Part shown: positions 49,231 to 57,874 of the stretch, piece after piece | How the letters are laid out: each line of letters opens with the position of its first letter | How positions within the stretch are numbered: the first letter of the stretch is position 1 | NCBI GenBank assembly: GCA_938040315.1 | Contig: CALHQW010000004.1 | Span: forward strand, 32,700-96,699 | Length of the DNA stretch: 64,000 nt | Direction of reading: 5' to 3' | DNA from: an uncultured bacterium | GTDB lineage: Bacteria; Hydrothermota; Tepidihabitantia; Tepidihabitantales; DTDR01 | The notes under the pieces: model-generated | The model's database searches: none | Seen by the model: only the letters and a program-made list of their open reading frames with translations | What the model was told of the DNA's origin: nothing | Translations under genes and position numbers: made by a program

Positions 49231-50681
49231 AAAAGAACAATTAGAGTAGAAAGATAGATAAACCAATCACCGAACTGACGATATATAGTATTTTTTAAAG
49301 GCATTTTTGCATAACCGAAAATTATTTCTTCTTTAAATAAATCTGACTTCTGATAAACCCGCCCAAAAGGGTCACAAAATAGACTAATTCCATTATTGGC
49401 ACATCTTACCAAAGGCACTCCATTTTCAACTGCCCGAGCAATTGCCAATTCATAATGTTGATAAGGACCAAAAGTCTTTCCAAACCAGCCGTCATTTGTA
49501 ATATTGACAATCATTTTTGCACCTCTTTTTACAAACTCTCTTATTAAATCAGGAAAAATTGATTCAAAGCAAATTGCACAACTAAAAGAAATTTTATCTG
49601 TTTGAAAAACTGTGTAATTCTTTCCCTTGGAGTAATTTCCCATATCTTCCGTTTCAATTAATTTAAAAATTTTTATTTTCTCACGATAAGGAATTCTTTC
49701 AGAAAAAGGAACGAGCCGCATTTTTCGATACTCACTAATTATTCCTCTTTGGGGAGCAAATAACACTGCTCCATTATAATACCTAAACCCCTTTTCGTCC
49801 TTTTCATAACGAGGAGTACCGATAAAAAGATAGCAATTATAAGTATCGGCAATACTTTTTAAAAATTCTTTATAAGGAGAATCAATAGTAATATCAATCA
49901 AAGAAGCAGTTTCTGGATAAATTATTAAATAAGGTTTTTCTTTCACAGCCTTTTTAGTCATAAATACTAATTGAGTTAATAACTTAATTTGCTCTTCTTT
50001 TGTGCCTTTTTCTTGAGGTGAAACGTTTGGTTGCAAAAGAGCTATTTTAAAGTAATCAGGCAATATTTTGAGACGCGAAAAATAATAAAAAGTGGATAAA
50101 CCGACAACCAGAATTATTAACCAAAAAAAGAGTTTCCTATTATTAATAAATATTACTTTGTAAATCATAAAATTAATAAAAATCACCAAAGCCGAAACTC
50201 CGTAAATCCCCCAAAAAGAAGCAGTATTTAAAAAAATCAAATTATTTGTTTGAGTATAACCAATTAAACCCCAAGGAAACCCGATTTCAGATTTTGTTCT
50301 AATAAACTCTAAAATTGGTAAAATAAGAGGAGCAAAATAAAGAGAAGTTATTTTTGTTAAATAAGAAAATAAAGCAAAATATAAAGCCAGATAAAAAAAA
50401 AGAACTATAATTCCGATAAATAATAAAATTTTTGTTAAAGAAGTAATTTGTGGTCTCAAAAAATAAAGCCACCAAAGATGAGCAATAGAAAATAAAAAAC
50501 CATAGATAAAACCATAAATAAAAGTTTTTTTGGGAGATAATTTTTCAATATAATAAAATAAAGGTATAAAAGAAAAATAAGCGACAAAAAATAAGCTTAT
50601 GGGTGCATATCCCAAATTAAGAATTAAAGGAGATAAAAAAAAGACTAACTTATTGAAGAATTTTGACTCTTTTCCCTTCAA
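49179..50681 (-). CDS. lnt: Apolipoprotein N-acyltransferase
   Basis: GFPWG, LLQPN, YPET, KMRLVPFSE, ICFES, TNDGWF, RCANNGIS. Confidence 0.93.
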   Translation of the reverse strand: MKGKESKFFNKLVFFLSPLILNLGYAPISLFFVAYFSFIPLFYYIEKLSPKKTFIYGFIYGFLFSIAHLWWLYFLRPQITSLTKILLFIGIIVLFFYLALYFALFSYLTKITSLYFAPLILPILEFIRTKSEIGFPWGLIGYTQTNNLIFLNTASFWGIYGVSALVIFINFMIYKVIFINNRKLFFWLIILVVGLSTFYYFSRLKILPDYFKIALLQPNVSPQEKGTKEEQIKLLTQLVFMTKKAVKEKPYLIIYPETASLIDITIDSPYKEFLKSIADTYNCYLFIGTPRYEKDEKGFRYYNGAVLFAPQRGIISEYRKMRLVPFSERIPYREKIKIFKLIETEDMGNYSKGKNYTVFQTDKISFSCAICFESIFPDLIREFVKRGAKMIVNITNDGWFGKTFGPYQHYELAIARAVENGVPLVRCANNGISLFCDPFGRVYQKSDLFKEEIIFGYAKMPLKNTIYRQFGDWFIYLSTLIVLFYFIIKILYPLFSFKKK

Positions 50682-51261
50682 TTTTTAATCTACCTTCAGC
50701 AAAGAGTCTAATTGCCATTGGATAGGCAATATGTTCTTCTTTCAAAACTTTTTTTGCTAATGTTTCCGGGGTATCTTCATCTTCTACCGGAACTATTCTT
50801 TGGATAATAATTGGTCCACCATCAACATCCTCAGTAACAAAATGAACGGTACAGCCGGAAAATTTTGCTCCACTTTCTATTACTGCCTGATGAACTTTTT
50901 CACCGTATAAGCCTTTAAATGCTGGTAATAAGGCTGGATGAATATTCATAATTCGGTTTTGATAATATTTTATAAAATAAGGAGTTAAAATTCTCATAAA
51001 TCCAGCTAAACAAATTAAATCTGGTTTAAATTCTTCTAATTTTTTAATTATCTCTTTTTCAAATTCTACTCGGTTTTTATTTTTGTGTGAGATTACAAAA
51101 TTAGGGATATTATACCTTTGAGCCCTTTCTAAAGCATAAACTTTTTCCACATTACTAATTACACAAACAACTTTGCCTGGAATAAAACCGTTCTCACAAG
51201 CATCAATAATCGCCTGTAAGTTTGTTCCCCGACCAGAAACTAAAACAGCAATTCTAATCAT
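50650..51261 (-). CDS. purN: Phosphoribosylglycinamide formyltransferase
   Basis: SGRGTNLQA, LAGFMRIL, NIHPALLP, GCTVHFV..VDGGPII, EH. Confidence 0.94.
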   Translation of the reverse strand: MIRIAVLVSGRGTNLQAIIDACENGFIPGKVVCVISNVEKVYALERAQRYNIPNFVISHKNKNRVEFEKEIIKKLEEFKPDLICLAGFMRILTPYFIKYYQNRIMNIHPALLPAFKGLYGEKVHQAVIESGAKFSGCTVHFVTEDVDGGPIIIQRIVPVEDEDTPETLAKKVLKEEHIAYPMAIRLFAEGRLKIEGKRVKILQ

Positions 51262-51265
51262 TAAA

Positions 51266-51895
51266 CTAAATTTTTTTAATTTCTTCTATTAACTTTTTAA
51301 CATCTAAAAAATTAATTAAACCAGTTTCAATTCTTAAAGAATGATTAACAACACTAATACCAACGTTAGCACTAATTATTTCAATACTTTTAATATTTTT
51401 TTCTTTTAATAAAAAAATTATCTCGGAGTTCAAAAGTTCGTAAAGATTTTTGTATCCTTTAGAATTTAACTTTGTTAGAGCACCTCGAATAAGAATATTT
51501 AACTTTTTCGCTAAATTGGGAATAGCATCACGGTAATAATTTACTATTGCTAACTTATTCGTTGGTTCTGAAATAAAATAAGCAATTTTCTTTTCTTCAT
51601 CAACAATTAAATTAATATCTTGATTAAGAAAAGACATTCGGAAATTGTGTCGTAAAGGAATTTTATTCACTAAAGCGTTGGAACAAAAGGGGCCAACAAT
51701 TTCTTCTTTTTGTAAAATTTTCTGAGCTTGTTTATCAGCACGCACTTCATTAATTCCATAATTTTTAAACGCTTGACAAAGACCGACAATTTCATGAAAA
51801 ATAGGAATATTTTTTAAAATTGCTCCGCAACCAATTTTTTCGTTTAAATATTGAGAAGAAATAATTAAAAATTTTTCTTCTTCTCTTTTAATCAT
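51266..51895 (-). CDS. Hypothetical protein
   Basis: 209-aa ORF overlapping the upstream gene and 4 nt from purN; no recognised motif. Confidence 0.55.
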   Translation of the reverse strand: MIKREEEKFLIISSQYLNEKIGCGAILKNIPIFHEIVGLCQAFKNYGINEVRADKQAQKILQKEEIVGPFCSNALVNKIPLRHNFRMSFLNQDINLIVDEEKKIAYFISEPTNKLAIVNYYRDAIPNLAKKLNILIRGALTKLNSKGYKNLYELLNSEIIFLLKEKNIKSIEIISANVGISVVNHSLRIETGLINFLDVKKLIEEIKKI

Positions 51896-52514
51896 TTTTC
51901 ATTTCTAAAAAATTATAAAATTTTTCTTTATTCTCCTCTTTTAAATAATAATTCACATTGCCCAGAATTAATTTATTCTCTAAAACCCATTCAATTAAAT
52001 TTTTATGAGAAATAAAACGGTAATAAAACTTTTCAGGCTGAGGTTTTTGAAATAAATTATCAATAACCATCGCCGTTAAAATATAAGGAGCACTATTGAG
52101 AGTAATCTGATAACCTGCAGGATAAATATCTTTTTCCGGAATTATTTCAATATTCTTAATGTTTCCTTCAGAAAAAAGTTGATAAGGATCAATTTGAGGT
52201 AAAAAACCAATTTTATAAGCCAAAATTCCTATTCCAGCATTTTCTAAAAGATTATCTTTCTGCCCTCCTTTCATTACCATTCTAATTAAAAAGTTCTTTA
52301 CTTTAAATTTTTTTATTAACTCTTTAAAAACCTCTTTAACCAAAATCTTTCCAAAACCTTTTCTTTGATATTCTTTGAAAACATACACATCGTAAAGAAT
52401 TCCTTTATTGCCTTCCACTTCGCCAAAACTCTCACCAATTAATTTTTCATTCAAAAATAAAGAAATTTTTACGCCTTTTTTAAGTTCCAAAATTTTTAAT
52501 TCATAATTATTCAT
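51888..52514 (-). CDS. GNAT-family N-acetyltransferase with C-terminal extension
   Basis: VYVFKEYQRKGFGKILV acetyl-CoA motif A. Confidence 0.7.
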   Translation of the reverse strand: MNNYELKILELKKGVKISLFLNEKLIGESFGEVEGNKGILYDVYVFKEYQRKGFGKILVKEVFKELIKKFKVKNFLIRMVMKGGQKDNLLENAGIGILAYKIGFLPQIDPYQLFSEGNIKNIEIIPEKDIYPAGYQITLNSAPYILTAMVIDNLFQKPQPEKFYYRFISHKNLIEWVLENKLILGNVNYYLKEENKEKFYNFLEMKND

Positions 52515-54013
52515 TTCCCTAAATTAGGGTTTAATCTTATTGCTTTTTCTAAACATTCTGCTGCTTCTTCTTTTTTTCCTAAATCCCGATACAAAAGTCC
52601 TAAATTGTATAAACCAATATAATTATTAGGCTGCAGACTTATCAATTTTTTATAATATTGAATTGCTTTTTCTTTTTTGTTCCATTCAGTATAAAGTCTT
52701 CCTAATTGAAAATAAAGTAAAGGGTTTTTTTTATTTAATTTTAACGCGCTAAGGTAATTTTTTTCTGCTAAAGGAAAATTTTTTTTCTGGAGGTAAGCAT
52801 TTCCTAAGTTAAAATAGGCTTCAAAATAATTTGGTTTTAACTCTAATGCCTTTTGAAAATTTTCAATTGCTTCAGATATTTTATTAAGATTCAAATAAAT
52901 ATATCCTTGATTACAATATACCTGTGGTAAAACATTTTCTTTCTCTTCTTTAAGAAGATCAAAATTTAAAATTTTTTCATATATTTTTAAAGCCTCTTCA
53001 TATTCTTGTTTTTTTGCCAAAATATTTCCTAGCAAAAGATAATTTTCATAAGAATCAGAGTCAATTTCACATAAAATTTTAGCTATTTTTTTAGCATTTA
53101 CCAAATCTTCCTTTGAAAAATAAAGTGAGGAAAGATTTCTTAAAGTTAGAAGATATTCGTTTTTTAATGACTTTTTACCTTCTAAAATTTTTCTTAAAAA
53201 TTCTAAATTTCTAATTGCCAAATTATAATCATTTATTTTACCGGAATAAAAATTAACATAATAACTAAAAAATTGTAAAAAAGAAATCGTTAATCCAAAA
53301 TCTATTGGAACATAAGAAAGGGGTGAAGAATAAGAGATCTCCCAATAGAGTAATCTATTATTTACTTTTATTGCTAAAAGAAAATCCTTTTCCCTTTTGA
53401 TAAAATTTATTAAATAATTAAACCTTTTTAAAATATAGGCTTCAATAATTAGAAGATATAAAAAAGGTATTTTTCTTTTCATTTGGTAATAGAACATCGC
53501 CTCTTTAAAATTTATAAAATTTTCTGTTATTTGAGGCCGTAATTCTAATAAAGTATCTCTTAATGCCATAAGAGAGTTTAATCGATAATTTTTTTCTTTA
53601 TTAATTTTACCAAAATTTTTTTCAAATTTTTCTTTAACCCCAAAATAAATCTTACTGATTTCTAAACTGATCTCTAAAGCATCATTAAGATTTAGAGAAG
53701 ATATAATTATTAAAGGATAAATAAAACCAGAAGCCTCTCCAATTATTTTTTCGATTGCAATAATTTTTTCTTCACAAAATTCTGGTTCTTTTAAAAATTC
53801 TTCGTAAGAAAAAGAGGAAAACCTAAAAATTTCTTCCATTTTTTCTTTCTCATCTTCTGAAAAAAATTTCTCTCCTATGGTTATTTTTTTTAATTCTTCT
53901 TTTTCTTTTTCATTCAATAGAATTAATCCCTCTTTTTCTTTATTAAGTAAACTAACGGCCTCTTTTCTTCTTTTTTCTATCTCTTTTTTTAAAAATAAAA
54001 TATAATTTTCCAT
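52511..54013 (-). CDS. TPR protein with uncharacterised N-terminal domain
   Basis: About 6 C-terminal TPRs (e.g. AYFNLGNAY..., LYNLGLLY). Confidence 0.8.
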   Translation of the reverse strand: MENYILFLKKEIEKRRKEAVSLLNKEKEGLILLNEKEKEELKKITIGEKFFSEDEKEKMEEIFRFSSFSYEEFLKEPEFCEEKIIAIEKIIGEASGFIYPLIIISSLNLNDALEISLEISKIYFGVKEKFEKNFGKINKEKNYRLNSLMALRDTLLELRPQITENFINFKEAMFYYQMKRKIPFLYLLIIEAYILKRFNYLINFIKREKDFLLAIKVNNRLLYWEISYSSPLSYVPIDFGLTISFLQFFSYYVNFYSGKINDYNLAIRNLEFLRKILEGKKSLKNEYLLTLRNLSSLYFSKEDLVNAKKIAKILCEIDSDSYENYLLLGNILAKKQEYEEALKIYEKILNFDLLKEEKENVLPQVYCNQGYIYLNLNKISEAIENFQKALELKPNYFEAYFNLGNAYLQKKNFPLAEKNYLSALKLNKKNPLLYFQLGRLYTEWNKKEKAIQYYKKLISLQPNNYIGLYNLGLLYRDLGKKEEAAECLEKAIRLNPNLGK

Positions 54014-54115
54014 AAGTTATTAATTATAAATTAAATCTTCAAAAAATCAAATTATTTTTAAAATCTAATAAATCTTGAAAAATTGAAATTATTAAGTAAA
54101 ATATATTGAAAACAT

Positions 54116-54189
54116 GCGCCCGTAGCTCAATTGGAAAGAGCGACGGACTACGAATCCGTAGGCTGGAGGTTCGAGTCCTCTCGGGCGCA
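54116..54189 (+). tRNA. tRNA-Arg(ACG)
   Basis: GCGCCCG acceptor, ACGGA-CTACGAA-TCCGT; no CCA. Confidence 0.95.
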
Positions 54190-54197
54190 AAAATTTT

Positions 54198-54647
54198 ATG
54201 AAATTTAAAGATATTTCTTTTATGGAAGAAGCAATTAAAGAAGCCGAAGTTGCTTTAAAAGAAAATGAAGTGCCGGTGGGAGCAGTAATAGTATATAAAA
54301 ACAAAATAATTGGGAGAGGATATAATCAAATGGAAAAATTGAAAGATCCAACTGCTCATGCTGAAATGATAGCAATTTCTTCGGCTTGTAATTATTTAAA
54401 AAACTGGCGATTAGAAGAGACAACAATCTATATTACCTGTGAACCCTGTTTAATGTGTATGGGAGCGATTTTATTATCACGAATAAAAAGAATTGTTTAC
54501 GGGACCAAAGAAGAGAATTTTGGTTTTTTCTCTAATTATCCTAATTTTTATAAAGCTATTAAAGAAAAAATTGAAATAATCAATGGAGTAAAAGAAGAAA
54601 AGACAAGAGAGTTGTTGAAAAAATTTTTTGAAGAAAAAAGAAAATGA
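54198..54647 (+). CDS. tadA: tRNA adenosine(34) deaminase TadA
   Basis: EVPVGAV, DPTAHAE, NWRL, EPCLMC, C-terminal FF..KR. Confidence 0.9.
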   Translation: MKFKDISFMEEAIKEAEVALKENEVPVGAVIVYKNKIIGRGYNQMEKLKDPTAHAEMIAISSACNYLKNWRLEETTIYITCEPCLMCMGAILLSRIKRIVYGTKEENFGFFSNYPNFYKAIKEKIEIINGVKEEKTRELLKKFFEEKRK

Positions 54648-57600
54648 TAAAAAATTGGAGAGGTGGCCGAGTGGACGAAGGCACGCGACTCGAAATCGCG
54701 AACCCACAAAAAAGTGGGTCGGGGGTTCGAATCCCTCCCTCTCCGTTTTTTATATTTATAATTTTTAATTTTCTTTTTAGTGAATCCTATGTCATAAAAA
54801 AGAAGGAAATTTTAAAAGAACCAAAATTCTATCAACAAGTAATCAGAAAATTTTCTAAATATAAATCCCGAAGAAATAAAAATGTGTACTCCTTGTCTAA
54901 AAAAGTTATTTCTGGCAAAAGAAATATTGATACAATTAAAGTACTAGCACTCCGAGTAGAATTTTTAGAAGATGATGATACTTTAACAACCGGCAACGGG
55001 AAAATGGATTTAATGGGGTTTTTGAGCGAAGAAGATGGCCTTTATTACGATCCGCCTCATACCAAAAAATATTTTGAAAATCTTCTATTAGGATTAAGAA
55101 ATTATTTTTGGTATAATTCTTTGGGAAAATTACATATTGAATTTAAAGTAATGCCAGAAGGAGTATTAGAGGCTTATCAATTACCTCATCCTATAAAATA
55201 TTATGGCGATACTATGTGGAAATGGCCTAATTATGATTTTCGGGGAGTGGAAATGGGATTGTGTCGGTTAATGGAAGATGTTTTTACTATTGCTGATCAA
55301 GATACAAATATTAATTTTAGTGACTATGATTATTTTATAATTTTCCACGCTGGTTCATGTGCCCAAACTGATATAAAAGAAAATTCGCCTTTTGATTTAT
55401 GGGCGGCAACAATTAATGGTGAGGCATTAGAATATTATTTAGGAAAATCTTACATTGAAGTAGATAATGGGAAGAAAAAAATTGATATTTGTTGTATTTT
55501 ACCAGAAATGACCCGACAAGATACTTTGTATAACGGAATAATAAATTATGGTGGTATGATGGGAATGCTGGGACTTCTTGCTCATGAATTTGTGCATCTT
55601 CTCGGTGGGTATGATTTATATGATGTGAGTGGTTATTCTATGGGAGTTGGTGGTTGGAGTTTAATGGGATATGGAGGTTGGCTTGGTAGTTATGATTGCC
55701 CGCCAGGAATTATTCCTTCTTATCTTGATCCATTCCACAAAATTTTATTTGGTTTTATAGAGCCCAAGATTATTAATTTATCAACAGAGAGTTTATCGTG
55801 TTTTACAATGTGTATGGATTCTCTTTTGTTTTCCCAAAAAGAATCTTTGCCTTTTATTTACAAAATTCCAATTTCTGAAGAAGAATATTTTCTTATTGAA
55901 AATCGCCAAACTGACGTTCGTAAAAAAGATACAATTGTTGTTAAAAGAGACCATGGTATTGTTATCGGTGTTGAAGATGGTGAATATGATTTCTTTCTAC
56001 CGGGCAGCGGGATATTAATTTGGCATATTGATGAAAAAATTATTAGAGAATACGGTCCTTATAATGCAATAAATATAAATCCTGCTCATAAAGGTGTTGA
56101 TCTGATAGAAGCAGATGGAATTCAAGATTTCGATAAATTTATTTATAGGGATTATTATGAAATAGTTGGTTCTAAATATGACCCATTTTTTAAAGGTGGT
56201 TTTTTAGATAGTTTAACAGAAAATACAGAGCCTAATAGTGATAGTTATTATGGAAAAACTTATTACCGTTTTTATATCCATTCTGAACCCGATACTATTA
56301 TGTATTTCTCTTTTCAAAACAAATTATTAATAAAAGAATTGACAAAAAAATTTTCTGAACCTTTATTGTCTCCTATAGCAATAGATTTAAATTGTGATGG
56401 AAAAAAAGAAGTAATTATCCCTTGTTCAACGGGTGTAATCTATGCATACGAACCTGATGGTACTCCTTATTTGGGTTATGAAATTCTTTGCCAATTACCT
56501 TCAGAAATAACCATAGATTTATCGGTGAGTGACATTACCGGTGATAGTTTATTAGAAATTATAATTGCCTCTTATGATCGTATTGTTGTTTTGGATGCTT
56601 ATGGAAATTTTCTTTTTGATTTATTTTTAAATGGCGAAATAAAAAGTGAAGCATTACTTTATGATATTGATAACGATAATAAAAAAGAGATTATTTTGGG
56701 AACCGAGAAAGGTTATCTATATGTAATTAATAGGGATGGAAGAATAAAAGAAAATTTTCCTATAAAACTTATGGGGAAAATAAAATTAACACCGGCAATT
56801 TGTGACTCTCAAATTGTTGTTCTTACAGATGATAATCGATTATATTTAATATCTTTTGATGGGAATATAAAAACGGGCTTTCCGATTTCTCTTTCCAATT
56901 CTCCTTTCTCCTCTCCTTCATCTCCAATTGTTTTTGATTTTGATAGCGACGGAAATAAAGAAGTTCTTTTATTAATTCCCATTAATTTAAATTATAAATT
57001 ATTTATTATCACAGGGGAAGGAAATATAAAATATTCTTCAAAAGAAATTATGGAATATCCCTCTTTCTCCTCTTTAGCAATTGGCGATATAAATGATGAT
57101 GGAAATTATGATATCATTGTTTTTAGTAAAAATAAAATATTTGCCTTCAATTATAATCTTACTTTGATAAACAATTTTCCCATTGTTTTTGATTCTACCT
57201 ATCTAAAAGAAATCATTTTAGATGGTTATCTTTTTTATGAAAAAATACCTTTCTATTTCTATACTTCCCCAATTCTTAGTGATTTTGATGGTGATGAAAT
57301 ATGTGACATTTTTATTGGACTTCCTAACTTTGGTTTTTCTATAAATAATCGGCAGAAATTATTTACTAGCGGAGGAATAAAAACCGTTCCCTTTGTTACT
57401 GATTTAGATAATGATTCTTTTGTTGAATTGATTTTAACCACTAATAATAATCATTTATATGTTTATAAAACTTTTGGCAAAGAAAATGATATATTTTGGC
57501 AAACAAAATTAGCAACTACTGAAAGAGATGGCAGAGTTTTAAAGAAATTAGAAAAAAAAGTTTCTACTCCTAATAAATCAATTATTAATGATATTTATAT

Positions 57601-57874
57601 CTATCCTAATCCCATTACTATTAACGATGAAAGGGGTTATTTAAGATTTCGTCCAACTGTTGAAATAAAAGAAGCAAAAATTGAAATTTATGATTTTTCT
57701 TTCAAAAAGGTATGGGAAAATAAGATAAATAATTTAAAAATTACAAATCTTGAAGAAGAAGTTGAAATTGATATAAAAAAGTTTAAGACAGGCGTATATC
57801 TTTTGAAATTGGAAGTAAATTCTCAAAATAATAAAAAAGAAATAAAGTATTATAAATTTAGTGTTGTAAAATGA
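54644..57874 (+). CDS. M6 (immune inhibitor A-like) metalloprotease with FG-GAP repeats and T9SS-like tail; start uncertain, 5' end overlaps tRNA-Ser
   Basis: IIFHAG, HEFVHLLGGYDLY, WSLMGYG, EYFLIENRQ, GILIWHID, D-x-D-x-D-G repeats, YPNP...TGVYLLK tail. Confidence 0.85.
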   Translation: MIKNWRGGRVDEGTRLEIANPQKSGSGVRIPPSPFFIFIIFNFLFSESYVIKKKEILKEPKFYQQVIRKFSKYKSRRNKNVYSLSKKVISGKRNIDTIKVLALRVEFLEDDDTLTTGNGKMDLMGFLSEEDGLYYDPPHTKKYFENLLLGLRNYFWYNSLGKLHIEFKVMPEGVLEAYQLPHPIKYYGDTMWKWPNYDFRGVEMGLCRLMEDVFTIADQDTNINFSDYDYFIIFHAGSCAQTDIKENSPFDLWAATINGEALEYYLGKSYIEVDNGKKKIDICCILPEMTRQDTLYNGIINYGGMMGMLGLLAHEFVHLLGGYDLYDVSGYSMGVGGWSLMGYGGWLGSYDCPPGIIPSYLDPFHKILFGFIEPKIINLSTESLSCFTMCMDSLLFSQKESLPFIYKIPISEEEYFLIENRQTDVRKKDTIVVKRDHGIVIGVEDGEYDFFLPGSGILIWHIDEKIIREYGPYNAININPAHKGVDLIEADGIQDFDKFIYRDYYEIVGSKYDPFFKGGFLDSLTENTEPNSDSYYGKTYYRFYIHSEPDTIMYFSFQNKLLIKELTKKFSEPLLSPIAIDLNCDGKKEVIIPCSTGVIYAYEPDGTPYLGYEILCQLPSEITIDLSVSDITGDSLLEIIIASYDRIVVLDAYGNFLFDLFLNGEIKSEALLYDIDNDNKKEIILGTEKGYLYVINRDGRIKENFPIKLMGKIKLTPAICDSQIVVLTDDNRLYLISFDGNIKTGFPISLSNSPFSSPSSPIVFDFDSDGNKEVLLLIPINLNYKLFIITGEGNIKYSSKEIMEYPSFSSLAIGDINDDGNYDIIVFSKNKIFAFNYNLTLINNFPIVFDSTYLKEIILDGYLFYEKIPFYFYTSPILSDFDGDEICDIFIGLPNFGFSINNRQKLFTSGGIKTVPFVTDLDNDSFVELILTTNNNHLYVYKTFGKENDIFWQTKLATTERDGRVLKKLEKKVSTPNKSIINDIYIYPNPITINDERGYLRFRPTVEIKEAKIEIYDFSFKKVWENKINNLKITNLEEEVEIDIKKFKTGVYLLKLEVNSQNNKKEIKYYKFSVVK
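54657..54745 (+). tRNA. tRNA-Ser(CGA)
   Basis: GGAGAGG acceptor, CGCGA-CTCGAAA-TCGCG, long variable arm, GGTTCGAATCC, G73; no CCA. Confidence 0.93.
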
